From the NCBI GenBank assembly GCA_977030845.1, contig OZ365111.1:6882001-6946000 (forward strand): a DNA stretch of 64,000 nt, read 5' to 3'. The notes under the pieces are model-generated. The model had not been told where the DNA came from, searched no databases, and worked only from the letters and a program-made list of their open reading frames with translations. The stretch comes from Fimbriosthenelais zetlandica. Lineage: Eukaryota. Within the stretch, counting starts at the first letter, position 1; the number at the start of each line of letters is the position of its first letter. Position numbers and translations under genes: made by a program. Below are positions 11,701 through 23,125 of the stretch, one piece after another.

Positions 11701-14700
11701 TTAATTACATTTTCCGTAGACATCACTTCATATAATATATGAGTTAACTACAGTCTTGAATGCCATTCTATACATATTATGTCATGTGTATATACCCCAT
11801 GGCTTCTGCATTGTTACCAGGTATCAGGGGAAACCCCGAAAATGTATGTAATAATAGCCCTACATTATGTTCCCCTCATCTATATAAATGCCACCCCCAC
11901 CCCATACCCCGACAATATTGTGACGTGTCGCCCAACACCCCTCCTCACTCTTGTAATCTTTCATTGCCTAAGCATGCCTAATGAAATATTCTCGCCATCC
12001 CTCCTTTTCTTCCTACCTCTCGCCCTTCGTGTTACCACTGTCTATTTTTCCCCTCCGCGCCTCCCCTCCCCTCTCCATCCTTTTCCCCTCCAAGCAGTAA
12101 ACCCGACCCTGTCTGTTTGGGCCACAAACACGGCTGAGCAATGGCGAGGCGTTTGGAGGGAGAGCTGAATATGACCAGTTGTGCCTGCGCGTCAATATCA
12201 ATATTGACATTGTTTTGACTGACAGCGGGCTTCTTGAGAGTTGACAGTTTCTCTGACAGCCACCAGCAGAGGACAGTCATGGACAAGGCCCCCGTTTCAC
12301 TATGAGACATGTATGGGACAGGAGCAGAAATTAAAGATAGATTTATGATTGTCTGTCTCCTGATAGTTCCATAATCTGACCTTAACTGAATATTCCAATA
12401 CATTTTTGTTTAAATTTTAATAAACGGTGCAGGTAGGATAGTGATATTCATCTCAATCACTAACCTATATTGAATATTTTAAAAATGAAATTAACCTTTC
12501 TAAATACTTATATTATATTATTATTGCTTTGAAAACTCCAATCGACGAGAAGTCCTTTTTTCATTCTAATGACCAAGTACTCACTAACAGGATAAAGTAT
12601 TTAAAAACTCAATTTTACAAATGTAGTATCATACATTAATATCATTACTATTGCATTGTAATGGGAAGTGTACCAAGAAGTAATAGAACTATTAGTGAAG
12701 ACGGACTGGGACTGGGAAGATGGATGATTGACAGGTAGGGACTTCTCTATAGAAGGTCCCCCTGCTATATTTAACACATTTATTTGTCTGGAGGAATTTA
12801 GACCATAGGTTATTGGGTCGTTGAAAATTGCTATTATGTGAAGTTCATCAGAGAATGGGCACAATTCACAATAGAATGGGCACAATTCGCAATTGAAACT
12901 ATTGTATCTTCCAATTAAGAAGGGACTTTCTGCATTATGTGTACTGTAGATAGAACCAATGAAGATCATCAACTAAGAAACTGTCCGAAATAGTCAATTA
13001 AATATTGCCATCAAGACATGAATTACTGATCACATTTTTCACGCAGATATTGTCAGACTACAAAGTGTCCATCATACCTAATAGCTCTGTCTAACTTAAA
13101 TACAATGACACTTTTGATGCTCTCTGCATATGACATTTTTCTTCCTCGTCCTCATGCACCACATCTGACATTTGAATAACTTCATTGTACCCGACTGCTC
13201 ACAAAAGACACATTGTAATAAGATCATAGATTCCAATTAAATTCATATTCACCCTCAAACACCCCTGTCATTGGCAATTTATTTCTACACAGCATAAATT
13301 GAGATGCACATCTCATTTTTATGGATATACCAAAATACCCTTGTTTTTTTATTTTTTAAAGTTTTTTTTCTTGGCTAAGAAAGAAGATTGACATGAGAGG
13401 AGGGATGGTGACAGGGGCTGACGACATGGATTTGGGAGCTGAGCGGGACATGACATGGCTTTTGTGATGATCCGGGGCCGCTTTGATTGTTCGCGCCATC
13501 ACAGGTGTCGGCCAGGTTCAGCAGACTGTTAACCCTGGTCTGATCCTGCATTGTGGCCCGGTCTCAGCACTCTATAGTTACAAACAATATTTGGGATAAT
13601 ATTGGGACAACAGAACGCTGGGAAATGATGCAAAACAAACACAGGCATCCTGTGCCTTCTCCCCCTAAAGCCTCTCGGGTATTGAGGGTCTATGAATTCA
13701 ATTTCCTGCATCTTTTCAGCCAGATATACCATGTCTTCCCCCAGTTATCCCCTAATGGCCCGTGCCAAAGAGGTGGTAAAGCTACACCATTCTTGCCATA
13801 TCTTCAAATATATCTCTGCATATAGCAGGATGATCATGGCAGGGTAATTGCTATGGGCTATAGACAAAGGCTGGGCGTGCCATGTTGGTCACACTTATCC
13901 ATGTCTGTTTGATTTCTACATTCTCTCAGCCTTGCCTTAGGCTGACGTTTCCCATGAACCATTGTGAGACTAACCCGGCAGACAATCACCCTTCACCGAA
14001 GAAAGACAGGGAGAAGAAGCAAAGAGAGATATATAAAAGAGCATCAATCGCTACAGCCAACACCTCCAAACCACACAAAAGGGCAAAGGACACAATGTAG
14101 CACTAATGCTCAAATTAGAGTTTTCATTGCAGATTGCACCATGCCCTCAGGCCAACCACAACCCACTACTCCTCCCAACCCATCCAGCCGCCACTTTGCT
14201 AGTCAAGCTTTTTATCATCATTTTTCTGGGACTCAAAAACCCCAATATTCCACCCTTCCACCTTGAAGCAGACCAGAGGGTATTCTAAGGGTGATTGGTG
14301 GTAAATTTGTAATGATAATATTGGATTTTAGGAGGGTACAAAGCAGGGTGACATCATGAATGGGAGAGTTTAATATCCCTCAATACTGGATGTGGCCGGA
14401 GGGCCTGGCTAGGCTTTCTGACACATGGCAAACATTGGTGGTAATATTAGAAAATTGCTAATCCCCTGCTTCAAAACACTTTGTGGCTTCATGTTGTCAC
14501 ACTTCTTTAAGCACAATAAAAGGGGATTAAAAACAGGCGGACTTTTGAAATTTTATGATTTAGCTCCATTTCCATAGTCCCACTGAAAGGGGAAACTCAA
14601 CTTGAACTTCGTTGAATTTTCAAAATTATAAACAAAGTGAGAGAAATAGCAATTTCCAATTTAATGTAGAACGATCTAGAAAATTAATAGTGAATATAAT

Positions 14701-17542
14701 CACTTTTTAAAGCCTTGTAGGACCATGCAGCTCTATGTACCTCATGTAATGTTGAGGGATACTGCATGTAAAATGCTAAAAGATATTAGCATAAATAAGT
14801 CTGAACTTCAAAATCAAATGTCAGAGTCAGAGAGTAAATCTTTCAGGAAATTTTATCGCAATAACCTTATCCATGTCTCTCTATAAACTGAGCGAGATGG
14901 AAATTTAAACAAAAAAGAACGGTAACTTAGCAGATAGAGGGGGAGAGAGAGAGAGGGAGAGAGAAAGACAGGTATAGTGGTGACCAGAGGAGAGCTTGGT
15001 GACACGATTACAATAGGTACCCTGGAGCTATACACGAGAGGGCCTCGACACGGGGCAAAGGGCCCTCCAAAGGCCCTCACCAATGCCCTCACTGCTTATA
15101 CTGAGGGCACCAGCGAGGGGTAGACTCTAAACATGGAGTGTCAATCTGACTAGGGGTCTGATAGGGGGAGATAGTGCTGTTGTAGTAAGGCCAAAGGAGT
15201 GAACGGATGGGCAAGTAAGGCTGCAGGGCCATATCCCTCTATGTGTCTGATAGGCTTTGCTGCATGGCATTCCCTCCCATTGTATAACCATAAAAGCATT
15301 GTCGTGCAACCCAACCAATATAGTCGTATTCAAGAGCCATTATGTATTTTAGGAAATAGAATTATTTTTGAGTTTGAGTTGTTCATCATCACTTCCAAGT
15401 GATATTTAGGTATGAACATTTTGAAGAACAGAGAAGTTCACTGAACACCCTAAAGATTGAGGCACACATTTGGTTTGTGCGAACGGTGGTCGTTCTTTTC
15501 TCAGGACTACACATTCTTACAGGTTAATGCCAGTGGGACTATAGAAACCTTTTCTTCCACCAATTTCACAGTATGAATCAACTGATATCACTGCCATTGA
15601 ACTTACACAAACATAGGATTAAACTCCTAATTTATCACACCTTGTCAACACAAACTTTGTGGGTCCTGATCCGCACCCAGTTTGCTGGACATGGCTGCAT
15701 TATGCTGTCAAAAAGCCGTGTACACTAAAGCCCTAAAATATTGACAGAGTTAAAGACCGGGCCATTTTGACTGAGACAATAGGGACTGTGCCAACTTCCC
15801 ACCTCCACACAGGGTCACACAATAGCTTGTATGGTCTGGTCTTGTACAGCCTGAGAGCATTAGAGGTGTTAAAAAGGTGTTAAAATTAAGTAGCACACCT
15901 GATTCAGATCAATTCGAATACTCGAACGTGCTGGGCAGCTCAGATTTTATCCCTCCGTCCCTTTTCTAAACTTTTCTACAGCAGAATAGAAGGAAACTTT
16001 TAGTATTGCAATTTAAGACATTTAATCTATTAATATGATAAATGTTTTGCATTCTCAGGGTTGGCTGGGTCAGGGTAGGATTGGGCCACTTGAAAATTTA
16101 ATACATTAAGAAATCCAAAAGCCCAAAAGTGGATGGGAAAGAAAAAAGTCAGCTAAGCCCTCTCCTCATACCTTTTCTTTCCAAGAATCAACTAATTTAA
16201 ATTGGTAATAGATCGAGATATCTCAGAATAAATATAGCAGAATTATATATGTTTTAAAAACATTTGGTGTCATCCAAAGGTAACATAAATCTTGAAATTC
16301 TCAGTGAGGGATATTATTTTTTTCCGAAGTATTTCCGAAGATCGTTGAAAGTCTTTGGTGTAAGGGGAGGAGGCCAAAAGGTGATCTGGTCTTGCTTTGA
16401 GTGGAAATGCCAATAGGTAATGGAGATTTAATCTTCTAATGTGTAGCCCCCTTCATTCCTATCATAATACCTTGTAGAGTGGTGGCTGGAGGACACTTAG
16501 TTCTCCGCTAAAATTGCTCTTCAATATACTATGACATGCTGTGAGAATATGTTCAAGACTTCTATGGGGAGGTAGACCACAACAGACTAATCTCTCATTT
16601 GGACTCAAGTTGTCCTTAACTCGAGTCAATTGATATTTTAATCGATGGCAGTTCCATATGGGGTCCGTGTGTATACATGTCATTGACACTTGAACTATGG
16701 AAGTTCAAGATTAAGTTTACCTTCTCATATAAGAGTTTAATTATTTCATTTCTCCTCAGGGAGAAATGAAATCAAGTTTTTCACCGCGTTTCTGTACACT
16801 ATTATTATTCTTTTTATTATTATTATTTCATTTCTCCTCAGGGAGAAATGAAATCAAGTTTTTCACCGCGTTTCTGTACACTATTATTATTATTATTATT
16901 ATTATTATTCTTATTATTGTTGTAGTTAGACAAATTTTAAATCGGCTTAAAATCGACTTTCTAATAGAGACAGGAATCTGGTCTTTGGCACACAGGTAGA
17001 GCATGGTCAGAAGATGTCAAATGTGGCAGGATTGACTTTCATGTCATGTCATGTCATGTCATAAAATGACGTCAAACTTGCATAACTGGAAAAATGTATT
17101 GGCTGTTTTTTTCAGAAATATTGCCAACCAAAAATCATGTCACTGGTATCAGGTAACATGTACTTGATGCCCTATCATTTGGTACCATCATTTGACCTGT
17201 GGCCTAATTACTGTCTGTTAATTAGCTAATTAACATGAAATGCAATCACTTAAATGCTATCTACTCCTAGCCTGGTTATTCCAGGTGAATGAAAATTGCA
17301 TTATGGACCCTTAAGAGGCTTCTTGTCATCATGATTAGTTTGATTTTTTAATTGACGTCATAATGACGTCATAATTGACGTCTTAATGACGTCATGGCAT
17401 CTTTGGGTAAAAAATGGAAAAAATGCTTCAAACATGTGAGGGACGGTCATATATGTCCAAATATAAAATATTGTGACAATCCATATTTTAATAAGGGTGT
17501 TAATTAAAAAAAAAAAAAAATTTCAATATGGGAAAAAACAAA

Positions 17543-17623
17543 GCCAGCAGCAGGATTCGAACCCACACTTGCAACTACCATTGGATCACAAGACCAACAG
17601 CTTATCCATTGGGCCATGGAGAC
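17543..17623 (-). pseudogene. tRNA-Leu(TAA)-derived pseudogene, anticodon loop CT-TGT-GA
   Basis: Reverse complement is GTCTCCATGGCCCAATGGATAAGCTGTTGGTCTTGTGATCCAATGGTAGTTGCAAGTGTGGGTTCGAATCCTGCTGCTGGC: A box, B box GGTTCGAATCC, TTGG..TCCAA anticodon stem typical of animal Leu-TAA, long variable arm; acceptor stem broken. Confidence 0.75.
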
Positions 17624-18315
17624 GGCACACATAAGCATGGCTTGTAGCCCAGTACCAATTGATCTGTATGTGATGCATGAGTAGTAAGTAAGGGGTGGTT
17701 TGGTTCATGATATAGATTGTGAACTTTGACAGTCATTCAATTACTTGTGACTCCTATAAATTAATGGGAGTTGGGAAAGTTGGGGAAAATAAATCCTTAG
17801 ATCTGGCTTGGACATTATTGGCCATAAATATCACAGATTACCATGGTTACTATTTTCAATTGGCTTAAAATCGACTTTCTACTAGAGACAGGATTCTGGT
17901 TTTGGGTACACAGGTAAGGCATGGTCAGAAGAGGTCAAATGTGGGAGGTTTGACTTTCATATCATGTCATGTCATGTCATAAAATGATGTAAAATCAGGC
18001 ATTTAACTGGGCAAATGTATTGGCCGTTTTTTCATAAATCTGGCCTTCGAAAAATCATGTCACTGGTTATTCCAGGTGAATGGCAAGTTGCATTATGGAC
18101 CCTTTAGAGGCTTCTTGTCATCATGATTTTTTAATTGACGTCATAATGACATCTTAATGATGTCATGGCATCTTTTGGTAAAAAGTGGATAAAAATGCTT
18201 CAAACATGTGAGGGATGGTCAGATAAGTCCAAATATAAAATATTGTGAAAATCCATATTTTATTAAGGGTGTTCATTAAAAATAAATTTTTAAAAAAAAT
18301 ATGGGAAAAAAACAA

Positions 18316-18396
18316 GCCAACAGCAGGATTCGAACCCACACTTGCAACCACCATTGGATCTCAAGACCAAGTCATTATACCTCTAGGCTACAAGCC
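18316..18396 (-). pseudogene. tRNA-Leu(TAA)-derived pseudogene, anticodon loop CT-TGA-GA
   Basis: Same 3' half (TTGGTCTTGAGATCCAATGG...GGTTCGAATCC) with a diverged 5' half (TAGCCTAGAGG A box). Confidence 0.7.
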
Positions 18397-18411
18397 ATCC
18401 TTGTTTGTGGA

Positions 18412-18493
18412 GTCTTGATGGCCGAGTGGTATTAGGTGTTGGTCTTGAGATCCAATGGTGGTTGCAAGTGTGTGTTCGAATCCTGCTGTTGGC
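18412..18493 (+). pseudogene. tRNA-Leu(TAA)-derived pseudogene, anticodon loop CT-TGA-GA (inverted copy)
   Basis: ATGGCCGAGTGGTATTAGGTGTTGGTCTTGAGATCCAATGG closely resembles animal tRNA-Leu(TAA) ATGGCCGAGTGGTTAAGGCGTTGGACTTAAGATCCAATGG (recalled); followed by a T-run. Confidence 0.8.
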
Positions 18494-18826
18494 TTGGTTT
18501 TTTCCCATATTTTTTTTTAATTTCTTTTTTAATTAACCCCCTCAATAAAATATGGATTGTCACAATGGATTGTCCAGGCAAATGACAAGGTGCATATATG
18601 GACTCTTTAGAGGCTTCTTGTCATCATGATGTTTTCAATTTTTTAATTGACGTCATAATTGACATCATAATGACATCATGGCATCTTTGGGTAAAAAATG
18701 GAAAAAATGCTTCACATATGTGAGGGATGGACAAATACATCCAAATATAAAATATTGTGACAATCCATATTTTATTAAGGGTGTTAATTAAAAACAAAAA
18801 ATTTAAATTATCGGCAACAAAAAAAA

Positions 18827-18909
18827 GCCAACAGCAGGATTCGAACCCACACTTGCAACTACCATTGGATCTCAAGACCAAGACCTTAACCCTCTGAGCC
18901 ATGCTAGAC
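18827..18909 (-). pseudogene. tRNA-Leu(TAA)-derived pseudogene, loop CT-TGA-GA
   Basis: A box TGGCTCAGAGG, B box GGTTCGAATCC, downstream T-run. Confidence 0.72.
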
Positions 18910-19708
18910 ACATGCATGGCTTGTAGCCCACTGATCTATGGTGGATGAGAAGTAAGTCAGGGTGGTTTGGGCTCAAGATTTCAATTCCATATGGTTCCAC
19001 TGGTTTTCCTACCCCCATTAACATGACCACAAGTGAAATGAAATATCTGTAATTGCAGCAATTACATGATGACTAGTTATTATTGTTGTAGTTAGACAAA
19101 TTTTCAATTGGCTTAAAATCGACTTTCTAATAGAGACAGGAATCTGGTCTTTGGCACACAGGTAGAGCATGGTCAGAAGATGTCAAATGTGGCAGGATTG
19201 ACTTTCATGTCATGTCATGTCATGTCATAAAATGACGTCAAACTTGCTTAACTGGAAAAATGTATTGGCTGTTTTTTTCAGAAATATTGCCAACCAAAAA
19301 TCATGTCACTGGTATCAGGTAACATGTACTTGATGCCCTATCATTTGGTACCATCATTTGACCTGTGGCCTAATTACTGTCTGTTAATTAGCTAATTAAC
19401 ATGAAATGCAATCACTTAAATGCTATCTACTCCTAGCCTGGTTATTCCAGGTGAATGAAAAGTTGCATTATGGCCCTTTAGAGGCTTCTTGTCATCATGA
19501 TTAGTTTGATTTTTTAATTGACGTCATAATGACGTCATAATTGACGTCTTAACGACGTCATGGCATCTTTGGGTAAAAAATGGAAAAAATGCTTCAAACA
19601 TGTGAGGGACGGTCATATATGTCCAAATATAAAATATTGTGACAATCCATATTTTAATAAGGGTGTTAATTAAAAAAAAAAAAAAATTTCAATATGGGAA
19701 AAAACAAA

Positions 19709-19789
19709 GCCAGCAGCAGGATTCGAACCCACACTTGCAACTACCATTGGATCACAAGACCAACAGCTTATCCATTGGGCCATGGAGAC
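19709..19789 (-). pseudogene. tRNA-Leu-derived pseudogene, loop CT-TGT-GA
   Basis: Identical to the 17543-17623 module. Confidence 0.75.
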
Positions 19790-20480
19790 GGCACACATAA
19801 GCATGGCTTGTAGCCCAGTACCAATTGATCTGTATGTGATGCATGAGTAGTAAGTAAGGGGTGGTTTGGTTCATGATATAGATTGTGAACTTTGACAGTC
19901 ATTCAATGACTTGTGACTCCTATAAATTAATGGGAGTTGGGAAAGTTGGGGAAAATAAATCCTTAGATCTGGCTTGGACATTATTGGCCATAAATATCAC
20001 AGATTACCATGGTTACTATTTTCAATTGGCTTAAAATCGACTTTCTACTAGAGACAGGATTCTGGTTTTGGGTACACAGGTAAGGCATGGTCAGAAGAGG
20101 TCAAATGTGGGAGGTTTGACTTTCATATCATGTCATGTCATGTCATAAAATGATGTAAAATCAGGCATTTAACTGGGCAAATGTATTGGCCGTTTTTTCA
20201 TAAATCTGGCCTTCGAAAAATCATGTCACTGGTTATTCCAGGTGAATGGCAAGTTGCATTATGGACCCTTTAGAGGCTTCTTGTCATCATGATTTTTTAA
20301 TTGACGTCATAATAACATCTTAATGACGTCATGGCATCTTTTGGTAAAAAGTGGATAAAAATGCTTCAAACATGTGAGGGATGGTCATATATGTCCAAAT
20401 ATAAAATATTGTGACAATCCATATTTTAATAAGGGTGTTAATTAAAAAAAAAAAAAAATTTCAATATGGGAAAAAACAAA

Positions 20481-20561
20481 GCCAGCAGCAGGATTCGAAC
20501 CCACACTTGCAACTACCATTGGATCACAAGACCAACAGCTTATCCATTGGGCCATGGAGAC
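20481..20561 (-). pseudogene. tRNA-Leu-derived pseudogene, loop CT-TGT-GA
   Basis: Identical to the 17543-17623 module; part of the 772-bp repeat. Confidence 0.75.
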
Positions 20562-21252
20562 GGCACACATAAGCATGGCTTGTAGCCCAGTACCAATTGA
20601 TCTGTATGTGATGCATGAGTAGTAAGTAAGGGGTGGTTTGGTTCATGATATAGATTGTGAACTTTGACAGTCATTCAATGACTTGTGACTCCTATAAATT
20701 AATGGGAGTTGGGAAAGTTGGGGAAAATAAATCCTTAGATCTGGCTTGGACATTATTGGCCATAAATATCACAGATTACCATGGTTACTATTTTCAATTG
20801 GCTTAAAATCGACTTTCTACTAGAGACAGGATTCTGGTTTTGGGTACACAGGTAAGGCATGGTCAGAAGAGGTCAAATGTGGGAGGTTTGACTTTCATAT
20901 CATGTCATGTCATGTCATAAAATGATGTAAAATCAGGCATTTAACTGGGCAAATGTATTGGCCGTTTTTTCATAAATCTGGCCTTCGAAAAATCATGTCA
21001 CTGGTTATTCCAGGTGAATGGCAAGTTGCATTATGGACCCTTTAGAGGCTTCTTGTCATCATGATTTTTTAATTGACGTCATAATAACATCTTAATGACG
21101 TCATGGCATCTTTTGGTAAAAAGTGGATAAAAATGCTTCAAACATGTGAGGGATGGTCATATATGTCCAAATATAAAATATTGTGACAATCCATATTTTA
21201 ATAAGGGTGTTAATTAAAAAAAAAAAAAAATTTCAATATGGGAAAAAACAAA

Positions 21253-21333
21253 GCCAGCAGCAGGATTCGAACCCACACTTGCAACTACCATTGGATCACA
21301 AGACCAACAGCTTATCCATTGGGCCATGGAGAC
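21253..21333 (-). pseudogene. tRNA-Leu-derived pseudogene, loop CT-TGT-GA
   Basis: Identical to the 17543-17623 module; part of the 772-bp repeat. Confidence 0.75.
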
Positions 21334-22026
21334 GGCACACATAAGCATGGCTTGTAGCCCAGTACCAATTGATCTGTATGTGATGCATGAGTAGTAAGTA
21401 AGGGGTGGTTTGGTTCATGATATAGATTGTGAACTTTGACAGTCATTCAATGACTTGTGACTCCTATAAATTAATGGGAGTTGGGAAAGTTGGGGAAAAT
21501 AAATCCTTAGATCTGGCTTGGACATTATTGGCCATAAATATCACAGATTACCATGGTTACTATTTTCAATTGGCTTAAAATCGACTTTCTACTAGAGACA
21601 GGATTCTGGTTTTGGGTACACAGGTAAGGCATGGTCAGAAGAGGTCAAATGTGGGAGGTTTGACTTTCATATCATGTCATGTCATGTCATAAAATGATGT
21701 AAAATCAGGCATTTAACTGGGCAAATGTATTGGCCGTTTTTTTCATAAATCTGGCCTTCGAAAAATCATGTCACTGGTTATTCCAGGTGAATGGCAAGTT
21801 GCATTATGGACCCTTTAGAGGCTTCTTGTCATCATGATTTTTTAATTGACGTCATAATAACATCTTAATGACGTCATGGCATCTTTTGGTAAAAAGTGGA
21901 TAAAAATGCTTCAAACATGTGAGGGATGGTCAGATAAGTCCAAATATAAAATATTGTGAAAATCCATATTTTATTAAGGGTGTTCATTAAAAATAAATTT
22001 AAAAAAAAAATATGGGAAAAAAACAA

Positions 22027-22107
22027 GCCAACAGCAGGATTCGAACCCACACTTGCAACCACCATTGGATCTCAAGACCAAGTCATTATACCTCTAGGCT
22101 ACAAGCC
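22027..22107 (-). pseudogene. tRNA-Leu-derived pseudogene, loop CT-TGA-GA
   Basis: Matches the 18316-18396 module. Confidence 0.7.
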
Positions 22108-22126
22108 ATGCAGTTTGTGGAGTCTT

Positions 22127-22201
22127 GTCTTGATGGCCGAGTGGTGTTGGTCTTGAGATCCAATGGTGGTTGCACGTGTGTGTTCAAATCCTGCTGTTGG
22201 C
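22127..22201 (+). pseudogene. tRNA-Leu-derived pseudogene (inverted copy; D-arm deletion, B box changed to TTCAAA)
   Basis: Matches 18412-18493 apart from a short deletion and substitutions. Confidence 0.65.
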
Positions 22202-22532
22202 TTGGTTTTTTCCCATTTTTTTTTTTTATTTTTTTTTAATTAACCCTCAATAAAATATGGATTGTCACAATGGATTGTCCAGGCAAATGACAAGGTGCAT
22301 ATATGGACTCTTTAGAGGCTTCTTGTCATCATGATGTTTTCAATTTTTTAATTGATGTCATAATTGACATCATAATGATGTCATGGCATCTTTGGGTAAA
22401 AAATAGAAAAAATGCTTCACACATGTGAGGGATGGACAAATACATCCAAATATAAAATATTGTGAAAATCCATATTTTATTAAGGGTGTTCATTAAAAAT
22501 AAATTTTTAAAAAAAATATGGGAAAAAAACAA

Positions 22533-22613
22533 GCCAACAGCAGGATTCGAACCCACACTTGCAACCACCATTGGATCTCAAGACCAAGTCATTATACCTC
22601 TAGGCTACAAGCC
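22533..22613 (-). pseudogene. tRNA-Leu-derived pseudogene, loop CT-TGA-GA
   Basis: Matches the 18316-18396 module. Confidence 0.7.
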
Positions 22614-22628
22614 ATGCTTGTTTGTGGA

Positions 22629-22710
22629 GTCTTGATGGCCGAGTGGTATTAGGTGTTGGTCTTGAGATCCAATGGTGGTTGCAAGTGTGTGTTCGAATCC
22701 TGCTGTTGGC
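22629..22710 (+). pseudogene. tRNA-Leu-derived pseudogene, loop CT-TGA-GA (inverted copy)
   Basis: Identical to 18412-18493. Confidence 0.8.
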
Positions 22711-23042
22711 TTGGTTTTTTCCCATATTTTTTTTTATTTTTTTTTTAATTAACCCCCTCAATAAAATATGGATTGTCACAATGGATTGTCTAGGCAAATG
22801 ACAAGGTGCATATATGGACTCTTTAGAGGCTTCTTGTCATCATGATGTTTTCAATTTTTTAATTGACGTCATAATTGACATCATAATGAAGTCATGGCAT
22901 CTTTGGGTAAAAAATGGAAAAAATGCTTCACACATGTGAGGGATGGACAAATACATCCAAATATAAAATATTGTGACAATCCATATTTTATTAAGGGTGT
23001 TAATTAAAAACAAAAAATTTAAATTATCGGCAACAAAAAAAA

Positions 23043-23125
23043 GCCAACAGCAGGATTCGAACCCACACTTGCAACTACCATTGGATCTCAAGACCAAGAC
23101 CTTAACCCTCTGAGCCATGCTAGAC
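23043..23125 (-). pseudogene. tRNA-Leu-derived pseudogene, loop CT-TGA-GA
   Basis: Identical to 18827-18909. Confidence 0.72.

Larger units (their letters stand above)
19709..22026. repeat. 772-bp tandem repeat, about 3 near-identical units, inside the second HINE copy
   Basis: Identical anchors recur at 19709/20481/21253 (tRNA-like module) and 20001/20773/21545 (AGATTACC), a period of 772 bp. Confidence 0.92.

Noticed and set aside
17543-23125. Calling the tRNA-like modules functional tRNA-Ser(TGA) or tRNA-Thr(TGT) genes
   Set aside because: The body is Leu(TAA)-type, acceptor stems are mismatched, the anticodon stem has a T:T pair, and all copies lie inside a TE array.
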